A stretch of 64,000 nucleotides of DNA from the IMG/VR virus record IMGVR_UViG_3300027895_000001, positions 1 through 64,000 of that record. One strand, written 5' to 3'. Numbering within the stretch: the first letter of the stretch is position 1; each line of letters starts with the position of its first letter. The stretch is from a virus. Both the position numbers and the translations under genes were made by a program. Positions 33,609-45,000 of the stretch are shown piece by piece. The notes beneath the pieces were generated by a model. The model had not been told where the DNA came from, ran no database searches, and was given only the letters and a program-made list of their open reading frames with translations.

Positions 33609-33716
33609 ATGTCACACAAGCGCGGCAAGCATTCCATGGTTCACGAGAAACAGGGACCGTTCCGCAAAAAGGTGGAATCGTCCTCGAAGAAGAACCGCAA
33701 GGGATCGAAGAAGTAA
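33609..33716 (+). CDS. possible 35-aa highly basic peptide
   Basis: AGGAGG lies 6 nt before the ATG. Reads MSHKRGKHSMVHEKQGPFRKKVESSSKKNRKGSKK. Not in the track. Confidence 0.4.
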   Translation: MSHKRGKHSMVHEKQGPFRKKVESSSKKNRKGSKK

Positions 33717-33731
33717 CGGAGGGATATCCCG

Positions 33732-34187
33732 ATGGCACCGACACTGCAATCTTACATTAACGCTACCGCTGGCCCGAACGCGGCTGACCTCTCGCCGCTC
33801 GTCACCAACGACACCTACCGCAAGGCTGTGGACCAGGAGCTGGCCGTGCGCGAAGCTGCTACCACAGCCGCGACCGCTGCCGCCGCACGCGAGGCCGACC
33901 TGTTCTCCGGCGTCCAGCCGTTCGCGTCCGCGATGGGAGCGATCCGCACGATCGCCAAACGCTTCCCCGAGACCTCGAAGCACATGGACGACGCGGCCAA
34001 GGCGGTTCAGGCTGCGATGGGCGTGGTCGCCTACAACCCGCAACCTCTGCCACAGCCGACGCCAGCAACGCCGCTGCCGTCCGCTGATTCCCGCGTCCAT
34101 GTGGCCGAGAGGCCGATTCCCGCTCCCGGCGAGCCGATCGTCGACGCCACCGGAGCGCAGCCTACCCTGAACGCACCGAAGCCGTAA
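33732..34187 (+). CDS. hypothetical head-module protein
   Basis: GGAGGG lies 8 nt before the ATG. 151 aa, Ala/Pro-rich. Confidence 0.55.
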   Translation: MAPTLQSYINATAGPNAADLSPLVTNDTYRKAVDQELAVREAATTAATAAAAREADLFSGVQPFASAMGAIRTIAKRFPETSKHMDDAAKAVQAAMGVVAYNPQPLPQPTPATPLPSADSRVHVAERPIPAPGEPIVDATGAQPTLNAPKP

Positions 34188-34199
34188 CGGAGGATCATC

Positions 34200-35033
34200 A
34201 TGGCCCAGTCATATGCCGAATTTCTAGCTGAGAATGGTGCGACACCAGACGAGATTAAGGTGCTGGATATGCCCGCCGCGCGCAAGGCGTTCGACAAGCA
34301 GCAGGCTCTCGTGGCCGCCGCGTCTGAGGAGCGCCAGAAGGCCGCCGACCTGATCCGCAAGAATCAGGAGTGGGCGACACAGGTCGAGACGCAGAACCAG
34401 ACTTACCTGAAGGAGCGCGACTCGGCGCTGGTCAAATCCGCTGCCGACGCGGCCCGCCTGACCAAGATGCAGGAACTCGGCCTGATCGAAGTCGCCGAGC
34501 GCATGGAGCCAGGCTCTACCACGCCGAAGCCCAACGAGACTCCCGCGTTCGACGCCTCCAAATACGTCGACCGTGACACCCTGATGCAGGTGGCCGAGCG
34601 TGAGGGCGACGCCATCGCTACCGCGCAGGACATCGCGTGGGAGCATGCCCAACTCTTCGGCAACGACCCCACCAAGCGCCTCAACTTCCGTGACCTCCGC
34701 AAGGAGGCCGTGGCGCGCAAGGTTCCCGTCGAGTCCCTGTGGATGGAACGCTATGGCGTCCAAGCCGCCCGCGACAAGCGCGCCGCCGACGACCGTGCGG
34801 CTCACGAGAAGAAGATCGCCGACGAGGCCATCACGCGCTACAAGTCCGAGCATCCCGAAACCAATCCCCTGATGGCGGTGCCGACGATCTCCCGCACGCC
34901 GTTCACGGGCAAGATTCCTTCCGCCACTGGCAGCGATATCCGCCAGCCGTGGCTGAAGTCCGACGCCGAGCGTGAGAACGCCCGCGTCAGTAAAGTTCTG
35001 CCGAAGTTAGAGAGTCTGGGCGCAGTCAACTAA
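34200..35033 (+). CDS. candidate scaffolding protein
   Basis: 277 aa, charged and helical (coiled-coil-like), with GGAGG RBS, upstream of the capsid gene. Confidence 0.55.
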   Translation: MAQSYAEFLAENGATPDEIKVLDMPAARKAFDKQQALVAAASEERQKAADLIRKNQEWATQVETQNQTYLKERDSALVKSAADAARLTKMQELGLIEVAERMEPGSTTPKPNETPAFDASKYVDRDTLMQVAEREGDAIATAQDIAWEHAQLFGNDPTKRLNFRDLRKEAVARKVPVESLWMERYGVQAARDKRAADDRAAHEKKIADEAITRYKSEHPETNPLMAVPTISRTPFTGKIPSATGSDIRQPWLKSDAERENARVSKVLPKLESLGAVN

Positions 35034-35581
35034 TGCGAAAGAACGAACAACGCGATTGGAAACTACCCGCTTTTGGAGAATTCTGTCCATCGCCTATTGA
35101 TTGGGCCAGAATGGCCGCTTATATCGACGGCGAAGGTAGCGTTCTTATCAACACACAGAAGCGTGGCAATGCTAGGGCTGTGGGGTTCTATCTCCGCGTT
35201 ACTGTAGCTAACACAGATGTTCGTTTGCCTGCTTGGTTGAAGGAAACCTTCGGCGGGACATATAACTTGGCTGATACTGAGGCTTATTACGCCAAGCGTA
35301 ACTGGAAGCCCGCCTATCATTGGGGAACCAGTGCACATAGGGCTGCATGGATACTTTATAACTGTTTGCCTTACTTCATTATGAAGCGAGAACAAGCAGA
35401 ACTAGGTATCACCCTTCAGGAGAATTTAAGTAGGTATCGTTTTCGAGGCAAGGGAGCAGGTCAAGTCCCTTCTCAAATCTGTGAAGAACGACGAGAGTTG
35501 AAGCGACGTTTGTTGGTGATGAAAGCGCGTGGCAGAATTCTAGAACCCGCACAAGAGAAACGAATTCAGGAGGTCTCCTAA
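35033..35581 (+). CDS. LAGLIDADG homing endonuclease (free-standing)
   Basis: MAAYIDGEGS motif. TAATG junction with the scaffold gene. AT-rich. Confidence 0.85.
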   Translation: MRKNEQRDWKLPAFGEFCPSPIDWARMAAYIDGEGSVLINTQKRGNARAVGFYLRVTVANTDVRLPAWLKETFGGTYNLADTEAYYAKRNWKPAYHWGTSAHRAAWILYNCLPYFIMKREQAELGITLQENLSRYRFRGKGAGQVPSQICEERRELKRRLLVMKARGRILEPAQEKRIQEVS

Positions 35582-35595
35582 GGGAGATTTAAGCT

Positions 35596-36852
35596 ATGAG
35601 ACTATTTTCTCGCATTGCCGACTTTGAAGGCTCAAGGTACGAACGCCCTGCGGTATCGGCTACCCTCTTGTATTCGGCGCAAGTTACTGTTTGTATTGCA
35701 CTTACCGTTGATCCGGCCTTCGACCAGCTGAGCGCAACAACTCTTGCAGACCTTAGAGAGGACGTAGTTTACGATAACTTTTTTGTGGACAGCACAACTC
35801 TCCGCAAACTGAGGTTGTCAGGCGCCCTCGATGAGTACGCCGGCGGCACCATTATGCAGACGCCGTTCCAGTTCGCCCGCGTCAACGGCGGCGCCATCGC
35901 CCCCGGCTCAGACATCACGGTGCTGCAGAAGCAGATCATCGCTGCGACCGGATTCGTGCCCAAAGAGTACGTCGAGCAGATCCCGGTCAACCTGTGGCAG
36001 GTAGGCGTTATCAACGCTGGCCCCGCCGCCAAGGTGAAGATCATCGACGCCTACATGACCAACGCGGTCCAGGCAGCCAACACCGACCTCGGCATCGACA
36101 TCTTCCGCCACGGCCAAGCCTCTGGCACCACGATCCTCCAGAACCGCACTATCTTCATCAACGGAATCTCCGAAGCGCTGAACGACGGCATCAACAACTC
36201 GTGGGACGGCAATGTCTTCACGACCTACGGCGGCCAGACGCGCAACGGCGTCGTCGGCAACACCATGAACTCGGTCCCGATCTGGGTCGGCACCTCAACC
36301 GGCGCGACTGGCCAGATCACCTACAAGCCGCTCGTCGAAGCCTACCTCAACTGCGTCCAAGAGCCGGACCTCGGTGTGTGCAACAAGGCCCTCTACGCCT
36401 ACCTCCTCGAACGCCTAGAGCCGAAGCAGCGCTACGCCGAGGAGCAGGACGTGAACATGGGCATGGTGGGCATCCGCGTGATGAACGCGCTCATCATGGT
36501 CGACAAGCTCTGTCCGTCGACGAAATACGGCACGCTGCTCCCCGCTGGGCTGTCCCAGACGACCGCAGTGAAGCCAACCACGTTCACCTCGGCCACTCTC
36601 TCGGCGACACAGAACGCGATCTCGAACCTCCCGTCCGCGGTAACCATCAACCCCGGCGAGCCATTCTTCTGGCTCCGCACCAAGGGCTGGAAGGTACGTC
36701 CCACTACGGACCCGGAGTACAACTTCAACTTCACGCCGTGGGTGCGCTCGCAGACGAACCCGGATAACGTCGTGGGCTTCTTCAAAGTGGGCATCAACAT
36801 TTATTGCGTGTCACCGCGCGACAACGCGCAGGTATACGGAGCGGGATACTAA
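35596..36852 (+). CDS. major capsid protein (by position, size, expression signals)
   Basis: 418 aa with AAGGGAG RBS, downstream of the scaffold candidate. The capsid operon ends with the terminator at 37956. The first ~80 codons are AT-richer. Confidence 0.65.
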   Translation: MRLFSRIADFEGSRYERPAVSATLLYSAQVTVCIALTVDPAFDQLSATTLADLREDVVYDNFFVDSTTLRKLRLSGALDEYAGGTIMQTPFQFARVNGGAIAPGSDITVLQKQIIAATGFVPKEYVEQIPVNLWQVGVINAGPAAKVKIIDAYMTNAVQAANTDLGIDIFRHGQASGTTILQNRTIFINGISEALNDGINNSWDGNVFTTYGGQTRNGVVGNTMNSVPIWVGTSTGATGQITYKPLVEAYLNCVQEPDLGVCNKALYAYLLERLEPKQRYAEEQDVNMGMVGIRVMNALIMVDKLCPSTKYGTLLPAGLSQTTAVKPTTFTSATLSATQNAISNLPSAVTINPGEPFFWLRTKGWKVRPTTDPEYNFNFTPWVRSQTNPDNVVGFFKVGINIYCVSPRDNAQVYGAGY

Positions 36853-36864
36853 GGAGACATCGTC

Positions 36865-37512
36865 ATGGCAGGTGGATGGTTCACAAAGCAGGCAGATTAC
36901 CTAAACGCCGCGTACCTCAACGACGTGAACGACACTCAAGTCGGCGGAGCGATCCTCTCCGTCCCTACCAGCGTCCCCTCGTCCCAAGGCCAGCAGACGC
37001 TGCCCGGCGACCGTATCATCCTCGACGATGCCACCGCGCTCGCCCTCTCCGACACGACCGTGGGCACGCTCTACGGCGGCATCTACATGTACTGCAACGT
37101 GACGTGGACCACGCAGGCGGCGGCGGTGGGCGGCATCGCCTTCTTCCGCGCGACCGACATCGGCTCCACCACGACCACGCCTTACGTGGCGTTCGGCGAC
37201 GCGCAGCCTCTGACCACCTTGCCGACGTACATCCTCGGCATCTTCATCAACGCCGTGACCAAGTCCAACTACGGTTGGGTACAGGTCGCAGGCATTGCGT
37301 CCGTCCTGTTCGACTCGACCACGACCTCGACTGTCCAAGGCAACATGGTGATCGCGAAGGCCTCGGCCGCAGTCGCGTCCACCGCCGACAACACCACCGT
37401 GACCAACCCGACCGCGCCAGTCCTGATGGCGCTGATCGGCGTCTCGGTCGGCACCTCCGCAACCTCTACCGTCAGCAAGGTAGCGATCACGAAGGCGATC
37501 TCACGGCTATAA
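36865..37512 (+). CDS. hypothetical beta-rich head protein (decoration/cement candidate)
   Basis: AAGGAG RBS; Thr/Ala/Val-rich; immediately after the capsid gene. Confidence 0.55.
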   Translation: MAGGWFTKQADYLNAAYLNDVNDTQVGGAILSVPTSVPSSQGQQTLPGDRIILDDATALALSDTTVGTLYGGIYMYCNVTWTTQAAAVGGIAFFRATDIGSTTTTPYVAFGDAQPLTTLPTYILGIFINAVTKSNYGWVQVAGIASVLFDSTTTSTVQGNMVIAKASAAVASTADNTTVTNPTAPVLMALIGVSVGTSATSTVSKVAITKAISRL

Positions 37513-37521
37513 GGAGCAACG

Positions 37522-37932
37522 ATGGCGCAGACTAACACACCGCTGTTCGGCTACCCGCAGCCGTGGGGCTCGAAGTACCAGATGATCTTCGACCATATCG
37601 GGCCGACTTCCTACGGCAACATCGGAACCTCGTCCGGTACAGGTGACATCATCAAGGCCTCCGATCTAGGCTTCGGAGGCATCGAGCAGGTGGGAGCGGC
37701 GTTTGGAGGCTTCTGTGAGTTCTACACCGCCTCTGGCAACTATCTCGTCAAGATGTTCACCGCGTCCTCCGCCACGACTCCCTCGGTCTCCCTGCCAGCG
37801 GGCAGCGCGGTCGCGCAGATCGTGCTCCAGTGGTTCACGACCGCTGCGCCCTTCGGGGCTATCTCGACGGAGGTGGCAAACGCTGCTAACCTATCCGCTG
37901 AGACATTGCGGATGATGGCCACGCTGGTCTGA
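37522..37932 (+). CDS. hypothetical structural protein
   Basis: AAGGAG RBS; 136 aa. Confidence 0.55.
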   Translation: MAQTNTPLFGYPQPWGSKYQMIFDHIGPTSYGNIGTSSGTGDIIKASDLGFGGIEQVGAAFGGFCEFYTASGNYLVKMFTASSATTPSVSLPAGSAVAQIVLQWFTTAAPFGAISTEVANAANLSAETLRMMATLV

Positions 37933-37955
37933 TTTCTACGAATGTTTCATGGGGC

Positions 37956-37987
37956 GGGGGCGGCGTCAAAACGCAGCCCCCATTTTT
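37956..37987 (+). terminator. intrinsic terminator
   Basis: GGGGGC-G-GCG TCAAAA CGC-A-GCCCCC, followed by ATTTTT. Confidence 0.65.
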
Positions 37988-38003
37988 ACAAGGGGCGGAG
38001 TGA

Positions 38004-39026
38004 ATGTCATACCTGTCAATGCGAACCGAACTCCGAGGGTCCATCCCCAAACTTCCCTTTGCCTATTCCGGCACCCTCATCAACCGCGCCTGGCGTGCCA
38101 TCCGCGAGCGTAACCTGTGGTCGTTCCTCCTGTTCAACGGCCAGTGGATTGCGCCGCCACAATACACTGGTTCCTCGGCGGCTGCGACGCAGGGCTCGGC
38201 GACGATCACTCTCAGCGCGGCCGACTCTGCCGCCATTGCGGTCCTGCTCCCGACGCAACCTTACTCCCTCATTACGCAGCGCCAGTTCCGCATCGCGTCC
38301 TCAGGCCTCTACGACATCTGGGGATATGCGCCGAATGGCGGTGGCGCTGGCATCGCGACCCTGACCCTCGATCGCTGGTGGGGCGAGGCCCCTACCACAG
38401 GCTCGGCGTTCCAGATCTACCAGTGCTACTACGTCCCTACGTTCCTGAACGCGCCACTCACCGACTTCAAGTCGTGGATATCGATCCGCGACATGGCCGA
38501 CTTCCGCGCGCTCTATACCGACCGCCTCACCCGCGCCGACCTTGACCAGCGCGACCCGCAGCGCACATGGTACGGCATCCCAACAGACGTAGTTCCCTAC
38601 GCGCCCGACGCCAATCCCGCCTCCACTACCTACAACGTGATGCGGTATGAGTTGTGGGGCGCGCCGACCTTCAACCTCAACTACCAGCTCTACGGCATCC
38701 GCCACGGCCTCGACCTCGTCAACCCCGGTGACACGATCCCGTTCGCCGTGCGCGAGGAGACAGTGCTGGCGCTCGCTCGCGTCTACGCCTACGAGTGGGC
38801 CGAGGCGAACAAGGGTGACGCGCCGCGCAACGTCGGCCCGGACTTCCGCTACCTGATGGGCGAGTCGCGCAAAGCCTACGAGGCCCTGCTGCGACAGGAC
38901 CGGATGACCGACCGCGAGCAGGTGGATAACTTCTTCACCTCCCACCGTGTCAGCGCCGACGGCGAGTTTGGCTACTTCTTCAATAGTCAGGGCGGCGTTG
39001 CGTCCCCCGGCGGAGGTGTGTGGTGA
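38004..39026 (+). CDS. hypothetical virion protein (adaptor/neck candidate)
   Basis: 340 aa, GGCGGAG RBS, first gene after the terminator. Confidence 0.6.
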   Translation: MSYLSMRTELRGSIPKLPFAYSGTLINRAWRAIRERNLWSFLLFNGQWIAPPQYTGSSAAATQGSATITLSAADSAAIAVLLPTQPYSLITQRQFRIASSGLYDIWGYAPNGGGAGIATLTLDRWWGEAPTTGSAFQIYQCYYVPTFLNAPLTDFKSWISIRDMADFRALYTDRLTRADLDQRDPQRTWYGIPTDVVPYAPDANPASTTYNVMRYELWGAPTFNLNYQLYGIRHGLDLVNPGDTIPFAVREETVLALARVYAYEWAEANKGDAPRNVGPDFRYLMGESRKAYEALLRQDRMTDREQVDNFFTSHRVSADGEFGYFFNSQGGVASPGGGVW

Positions 39027-42000
39027 TGCGCCGCCTATGGCTCCCCCTGCTCCCGCTCGCGTTCCTGCTGCTGCCTCCTCACGCCGCCGCGCAATCCGTG
39101 GGCTCGTTCCAGCAGTGGTGCGTCGCCGGCGGCCAGATGGTCGGCGTCTCCGGCATCCAGTCCGTGAACCCGTTTCAGGCGTCCTATCCGCGCTGCCAGG
39201 TCAACGTGTACCTCACAGGTACGACCACCACCGCAACGATCTACTCGACCTCCACTCTCACGCCGCTTCAGAATCCCTTCTGCGCCAACCTCGACGGCTC
39301 GTTCCTGTTCTACGCCTCGCAGTCCGGGCAGTATGACGTGGTGATGTCGAACTCCAACGCGTGCAATCCGCCGCCGACCTACGCACAACTCCCTGCGTCG
39401 TTTACGTTCTTCGACGCGGCGGTATCTGGCACGGGCGGGGGCGGTGGTGGGAACGTTCCCGTGGGACCGCAATACACCTACCCGATATCCACCGGGATCG
39501 GCTTCACGTCACAAGTGCCAGTATTCGCGGACACCGCCAACTCCAGCATCGTCGCGGACGGCACCACCGACACCTGCACCACTTTCCAAGCGTGGATCAA
39601 CGCGCACCCCGGTCAGCGCCTGATGGTGCGGAAGGTGGCTGCGGCAACGCAGGGTGGCGGGACAGCCTCGACCATCGACTACTACTCATCCTGCACGCTT
39701 CATCTGACCTACAACGGCACGGTCCTCGAAGGCGTGCCGAACGACGACTGGCAGGGCGCTCCGGTCATCCTATTCGCAGCGGGCGTCACTGGCATCCAGA
39801 TCGACCCTTCCTGCTTCGGCTGCGCGATCAAGAATATGGAGATCGCTGGCGGCGGCAAGCCGTATGCGTCCGGCCTCGCCTGCTACAACTCCAATAACAC
39901 GCTTCTGTTCCCGTTCACGGGATCTGCGGATGGCATCCTCGTCTACGGTGGCGAGCCCACAATCGAGCACACCATCGCTGAGTGCTTCACCCGCGACGCC
40001 ATCCATATCGACGGCACCAACGTGTCGTTGAACGGCTATGTGGGTCAGCCAGACTATTGGAAGGTGCTCTACGGACAGGGCAATTCCAGCCAACATAGCG
40101 GATTGTATATCCACGGCGGTGACACGAACGATGGCTCTGAGACGCTGTTCAACACGTATGGCAATGGCGGCACAGGCGTAGAGGATGACAGCACTTCTAG
40201 CACGTCTCATCGCAATACCGGGACTCAAGGCAACGGACGGGACGCAAACATCGCCGCGCAACCTGTCTCTAACCTGTCGAGCATCTCCTGCACTACCTTC
40301 ACTTGTAGCGTGGTGACGGCGGCCCCGGTAACAGGTATCCAGAGCAGTATCTGGGTCGTGATCGCCGGGACGACCAACTACAACGGCGTCCACTACGTCA
40401 CTGGCTATAACGACTCTCAACATTTCTCGTTCGCGTGGGTCGCGCCATCGGCGGCGGCTGAGACATCTGGCACGGTCGGCGTGGATGGCTCGACGCACAT
40501 GTTCGCCAACGCCGTCCGCACGGTGAGCGACGCGGCTTGCACAGGAAGTCAAACACTTCTCACCTCACAATCGGCGCAGTTCGGCAAGGATACTCAGGTC
40601 GGCGCGACGATCAACATAGCTGGCGCGGGGAGTGCGGGATCTCTCCTCTCTACCACCATCGCATCGGTAACTAACGAATACTCCGTTACGCTCGCGGTGA
40701 ACTGCGCGACTACGGTATCGTCCGCTCAAGCCAGTTTCGGTGGAGGAATCAGCCACACGCCGATCATGGCGAACGGGAACTCGACCTGGATTAGCCCGTA
40801 CTGGGAATCGAATCAGCCAACAGCCAACATGGCGGGCACCACGGTTATTATCGGCGGCAATCTTAGCACGAACGGTAGTTATGGAACGCCGTTGACGTTC
40901 CAGAGTATCTCTAGCGGCTACGGAGTTCTTACTACCCAGAATCTTGAAATCGTCGATCCGGTGAATTCTGCCGGCGGCGCGCAGGTGCAGTGCGGCCTAA
41001 ATGCCAATCAGGACTGCGGCTTCACGATCTTCAACTACAACCAGAGCGCACAGTGGAAGATGTACGCAGTTGGATCAAGCAACGACCAAGAATTCTTTAT
41101 CAGGGACGGTAGTTCCGGCGGCGTCATTCCCTTCCAAACCACGCATGGCAGCACCACTGGCATCGTTGCCGCAACCAACATCTTCCTGACCGCAGGCGTG
41201 GGCTACCAGATTCAGACGGCGAACCAGATCGCCTCGACGCTCATTGGCTCTCCGCCGTTCGTCGTGGCCAGCAACATCGCCGTGGCCAACCTGAACGCCT
41301 CACTCCTGCTGGGTGGGACGTGGGCGTCGCCGGGCGCGGCGATCGGCACAGGGACGGCAGTCGCGGGAACATTCACCGCCCTGACGGATACAGCCCTAGC
41401 CGCTGGCGTAGGGAATTGCGTACAAGTCGGCACTGGAGGACTATTCACCTATACCGCCTCTCCATGCGGCTCCAGCGGCGGCTCCGTCACGACGACAGGC
41501 TCTCCGTCGAATGGCGAGCTAACCAAGTTCACCGGAGCCAGCTCCATCTCGAACGGCAACCTCTCCGGCGACGCCACGACCTCGAACACTCTCGTCGTGA
41601 CCGTCGTTGGCCTGAACGGCACCAACCTCGGTGGCCTCGCAACCGGTCTCCTGAAGAACACGACCTCAACCGGAGTCCCGACCATCGCCGTCGCAGGTAC
41701 AGACTACGTGATCCCGTCCGGCAGCATTACCGGCAACGCCGCGACCGCGACCGCCCTCTCCGCCTACACAGGCTACAGCATCTACGGCAGCGCAGCCACG
41801 ACTGGCTCGTGGATCACGCCCACCGCCAACGGCCAATGCCTGATGTCCGGTGCCAGCAGCTACGCATCTACGATCCCTAGCTTCCAGTCCTGCCCCGGCG
41901 GCGGTGGTGGTGGTATGACGTGGCCCACCAACGCCGGGATCGCTGTCTACGCCGGCAGCAGCGCGTGGGGTCCCTCGATCACGACCCTCGTCCCTGTCCC

Positions 42001-45000
42001 TCCCGGCTCATCGCAGAGCGCGATCCAAGCACTCCTGAGCGCCGCCAGTCCCGGCGAGGAACTCCTGTTCAGCGACACCTACACCGCCTGCGGCCTGACA
42101 CTGAGCGTATCCGACGTTACGCTCTACGGCCTCAACCAAGACGGCACGTCGATCCAGTGCGCCACGGCCAGCTCCCCCGTGCTGACCGTCAGCGGCAGCG
42201 GCGATCAGGTCGACGGGATGACCTTCAAGCACATCACCAACTCTCCAACGTGCCCCGGCGGCAACGGGACTTCAACCTGCGGGGACGGCTTGCAGATCGC
42301 GGGTGGTGCGAGCCGCGCCAAGATCATCAACGTCCATACGAACTTCAACTACAACGGTATCGCTCTAGGCTACACGACCTACAGCGAGTATTCGAACTCC
42401 GTCTCCGAGTACAACAACAATCACGGCGTCGTATTCGTGATGAGTTCCTCAACTCCGAACATGCAGTGGCAGGTGAGCCGAATCCTCTCCGAGCAGAACT
42501 TGGGCAACGGATTCGACATGACCTGTCCGGCTTCGTTCAGTTCCATCCACACGCCCGGACCCTACTTCACGGGATGGACGACGACCTACGGCAACGCGGG
42601 CTACGGCTACAACTTCTCCTGCTCCGCGGCGACGGCTTCTGGCATATCCGACGTGTGGATGAGCGCGGTATTCGCCTCCACGAATAACAACAGCGGATTC
42701 AACTTTGACTTCGGCTCGAATGGTGGCCGGAACAATATCGTATCCGGCGTCTACTCGGAGCAGAACGGTGCATACACGGGTCCTGCCGGATTCGCTCAGA
42801 CCACGCAGTCGGCGAGCAACGTGGGCAGCGGAATCAATATCACCTCCGCCTGTGACAACACCACGCCTCCGTCGATCACCGGCGGCGTGACGTGGCAAAA
42901 CTCCTACTCCGGTATCACGACCGCGTGCCCCGGCACGTCGATCAGCAACATCAGCGCATTCGACAATGGCTTCGCCTCGGCCAGTCCGCAAACCGAAGCG
43001 GGCGTGACGATCAACGCCACCAACGTCCAAGTAAACGGAGGGTATCTCAAGAAGGGCACGACGGAAATCTACGGCGTCTATGTACAAAGCGGCGATACAC
43101 CAAGCATATTCACCACCTGCGACTCTTCGATCAGCGTAGGCAATTGCGTCTACTCCGGATCGCAGCCAACCAACGGCTACCAGCAGCGCTTCGGGCAGGC
43201 GCGGTACATCACCGGGACGGGCGTACCGGGCATGACGTGCACGAACGGCGACAAGTACGAGCGCACCGACGCTGGCAACTTCGCCACCGACTACAGTTGC
43301 TCGAACAACGCTTGGACAACGGGTAGTGGTGGCGGATTCACGAACCCGATGACCACGCTCGGCGACATGATTTACGAGAACGGGACGCCGACCGCGGCGC
43401 GCCTCGCTGGCAGCACATCCGCGACGATGGCGGCCTTGACGCAGACGGGTACAGGGTCGATCAGCGCGGTGCCAGCGTGGATACTCTACGTGGGTGGTGG
43501 AACGAACCCAGTAGCGGCGACTGTATCCGGCGCGGCTCAGGGGCAGATTCTGGTCTATAACTCCTCGGGTGTGCTGATAAACGCCTACTCTGGCGTCAAC
43601 GTGGATTCACAGACGGGGAACTACGCGCTATCGTGCCCACTCGACCGCTTGGGAGAGATTGAGTTCAATATCTCCGCGCCAGCGACGCTCACGCTGCCGC
43701 AAGTGGGTTCGACCGCCTGCTTGGGATCGAACATCGCGTTCGCCGTTCGCAACACAGCCTCCTCGACTGCGACGCTGACGATCACGGCCACGACCTCCAC
43801 CTTCCAGCCGGAGAACGTCGCGTCACACACAATTCTCCCCGGCGCTGGCTTGCTCGTCTACTCTGACGCCAGCAGCGGCACTGGCAACTACCACGCGCTG
43901 GAAGCTCCGGCATCGTTCGGTGGAGTCAACACTCAGACCGGCACCTATACGCTGAACGCTGGCGACCGCAACAAGATGATCCTAATGAACTGCTCCTCCA
44001 GTTGCTCGGTCATCCTGCCAGCGACTCCGCCGAACTCGTCATGGACGGCGTGGATCAGTTCCATCGGCTCGACGACGCCAACGGTATCGCTGAACGGACT
44101 GAACTACAACGGTGGTGCGTCGGCTCCGATCCTGCTCAAGTACGTACCGATTGCGGTGCGGACGGACGGATCGAACTACTTCGGCGACGCGCCACTGGTC
44201 GCCGGGACTGGTATCTCGTTCGGGAATGCCGGCAATGGCCTGACGATCAACGTGGGATCATTCCCGCTGTCCAGCCTGACAGCGATTGCAAACAATACCC
44301 TCGTTGCCAACTTCACTTCCGGGTCGGCGTCTCCGGTGGCCTACGCGATGGCCAGTTGCAGCGGCAGCAACGACGCGGAAATATACACGACCAACACTGG
44401 CCTAGGATGCGGCACCAACTTCGCCCAACTCAACGTCGTGGAGACGTTCTCAGCGTTGCAGACGTTCGGCGCGTTCGCCTCCATCGGCGCGACGGCCCAC
44501 GGCGTCCTCTTGAGCGAGAACACGGGCGCGGTAGTGGCAACCGCAGCGGGTACCTCTGGCTACCCGCTGCTGAGCGGCGGCTCAATTGCGGATGGCGCAT
44601 ACGCGCAACTCGCGATTGGCGGCATTGCGACCTCCTCGATTAACGGCACAGACACGAAGCTCCAAAGTGGCACGGGTAGCTACACCACGAGCAACATGGC
44701 CTGTGGGGACGCGAATGGTGGCGTGACTCCCTGTACCACGACTCCCACCGACATGGTGCTGGGCAATGGCGTTACCGCGACTACGCAGACGGCGGGGGAC
44801 GCCAGCACGCTTGTGGCGACTGACGCCTTCGTGGCCACTGGGATCTCGAACGCTATCGCTGCGGTCAATCCTGCCGTGGCCGTCCTTGCCGCCTCGACCG
44901 CCTCCCTGATCGGCACCTATGCCAACGGTGCCAGTGGAGTCGGGGCCACCTTCACGGTGACTGCAACCGGAGCGTTCACTCTCGATGGCGTATCCATCGG

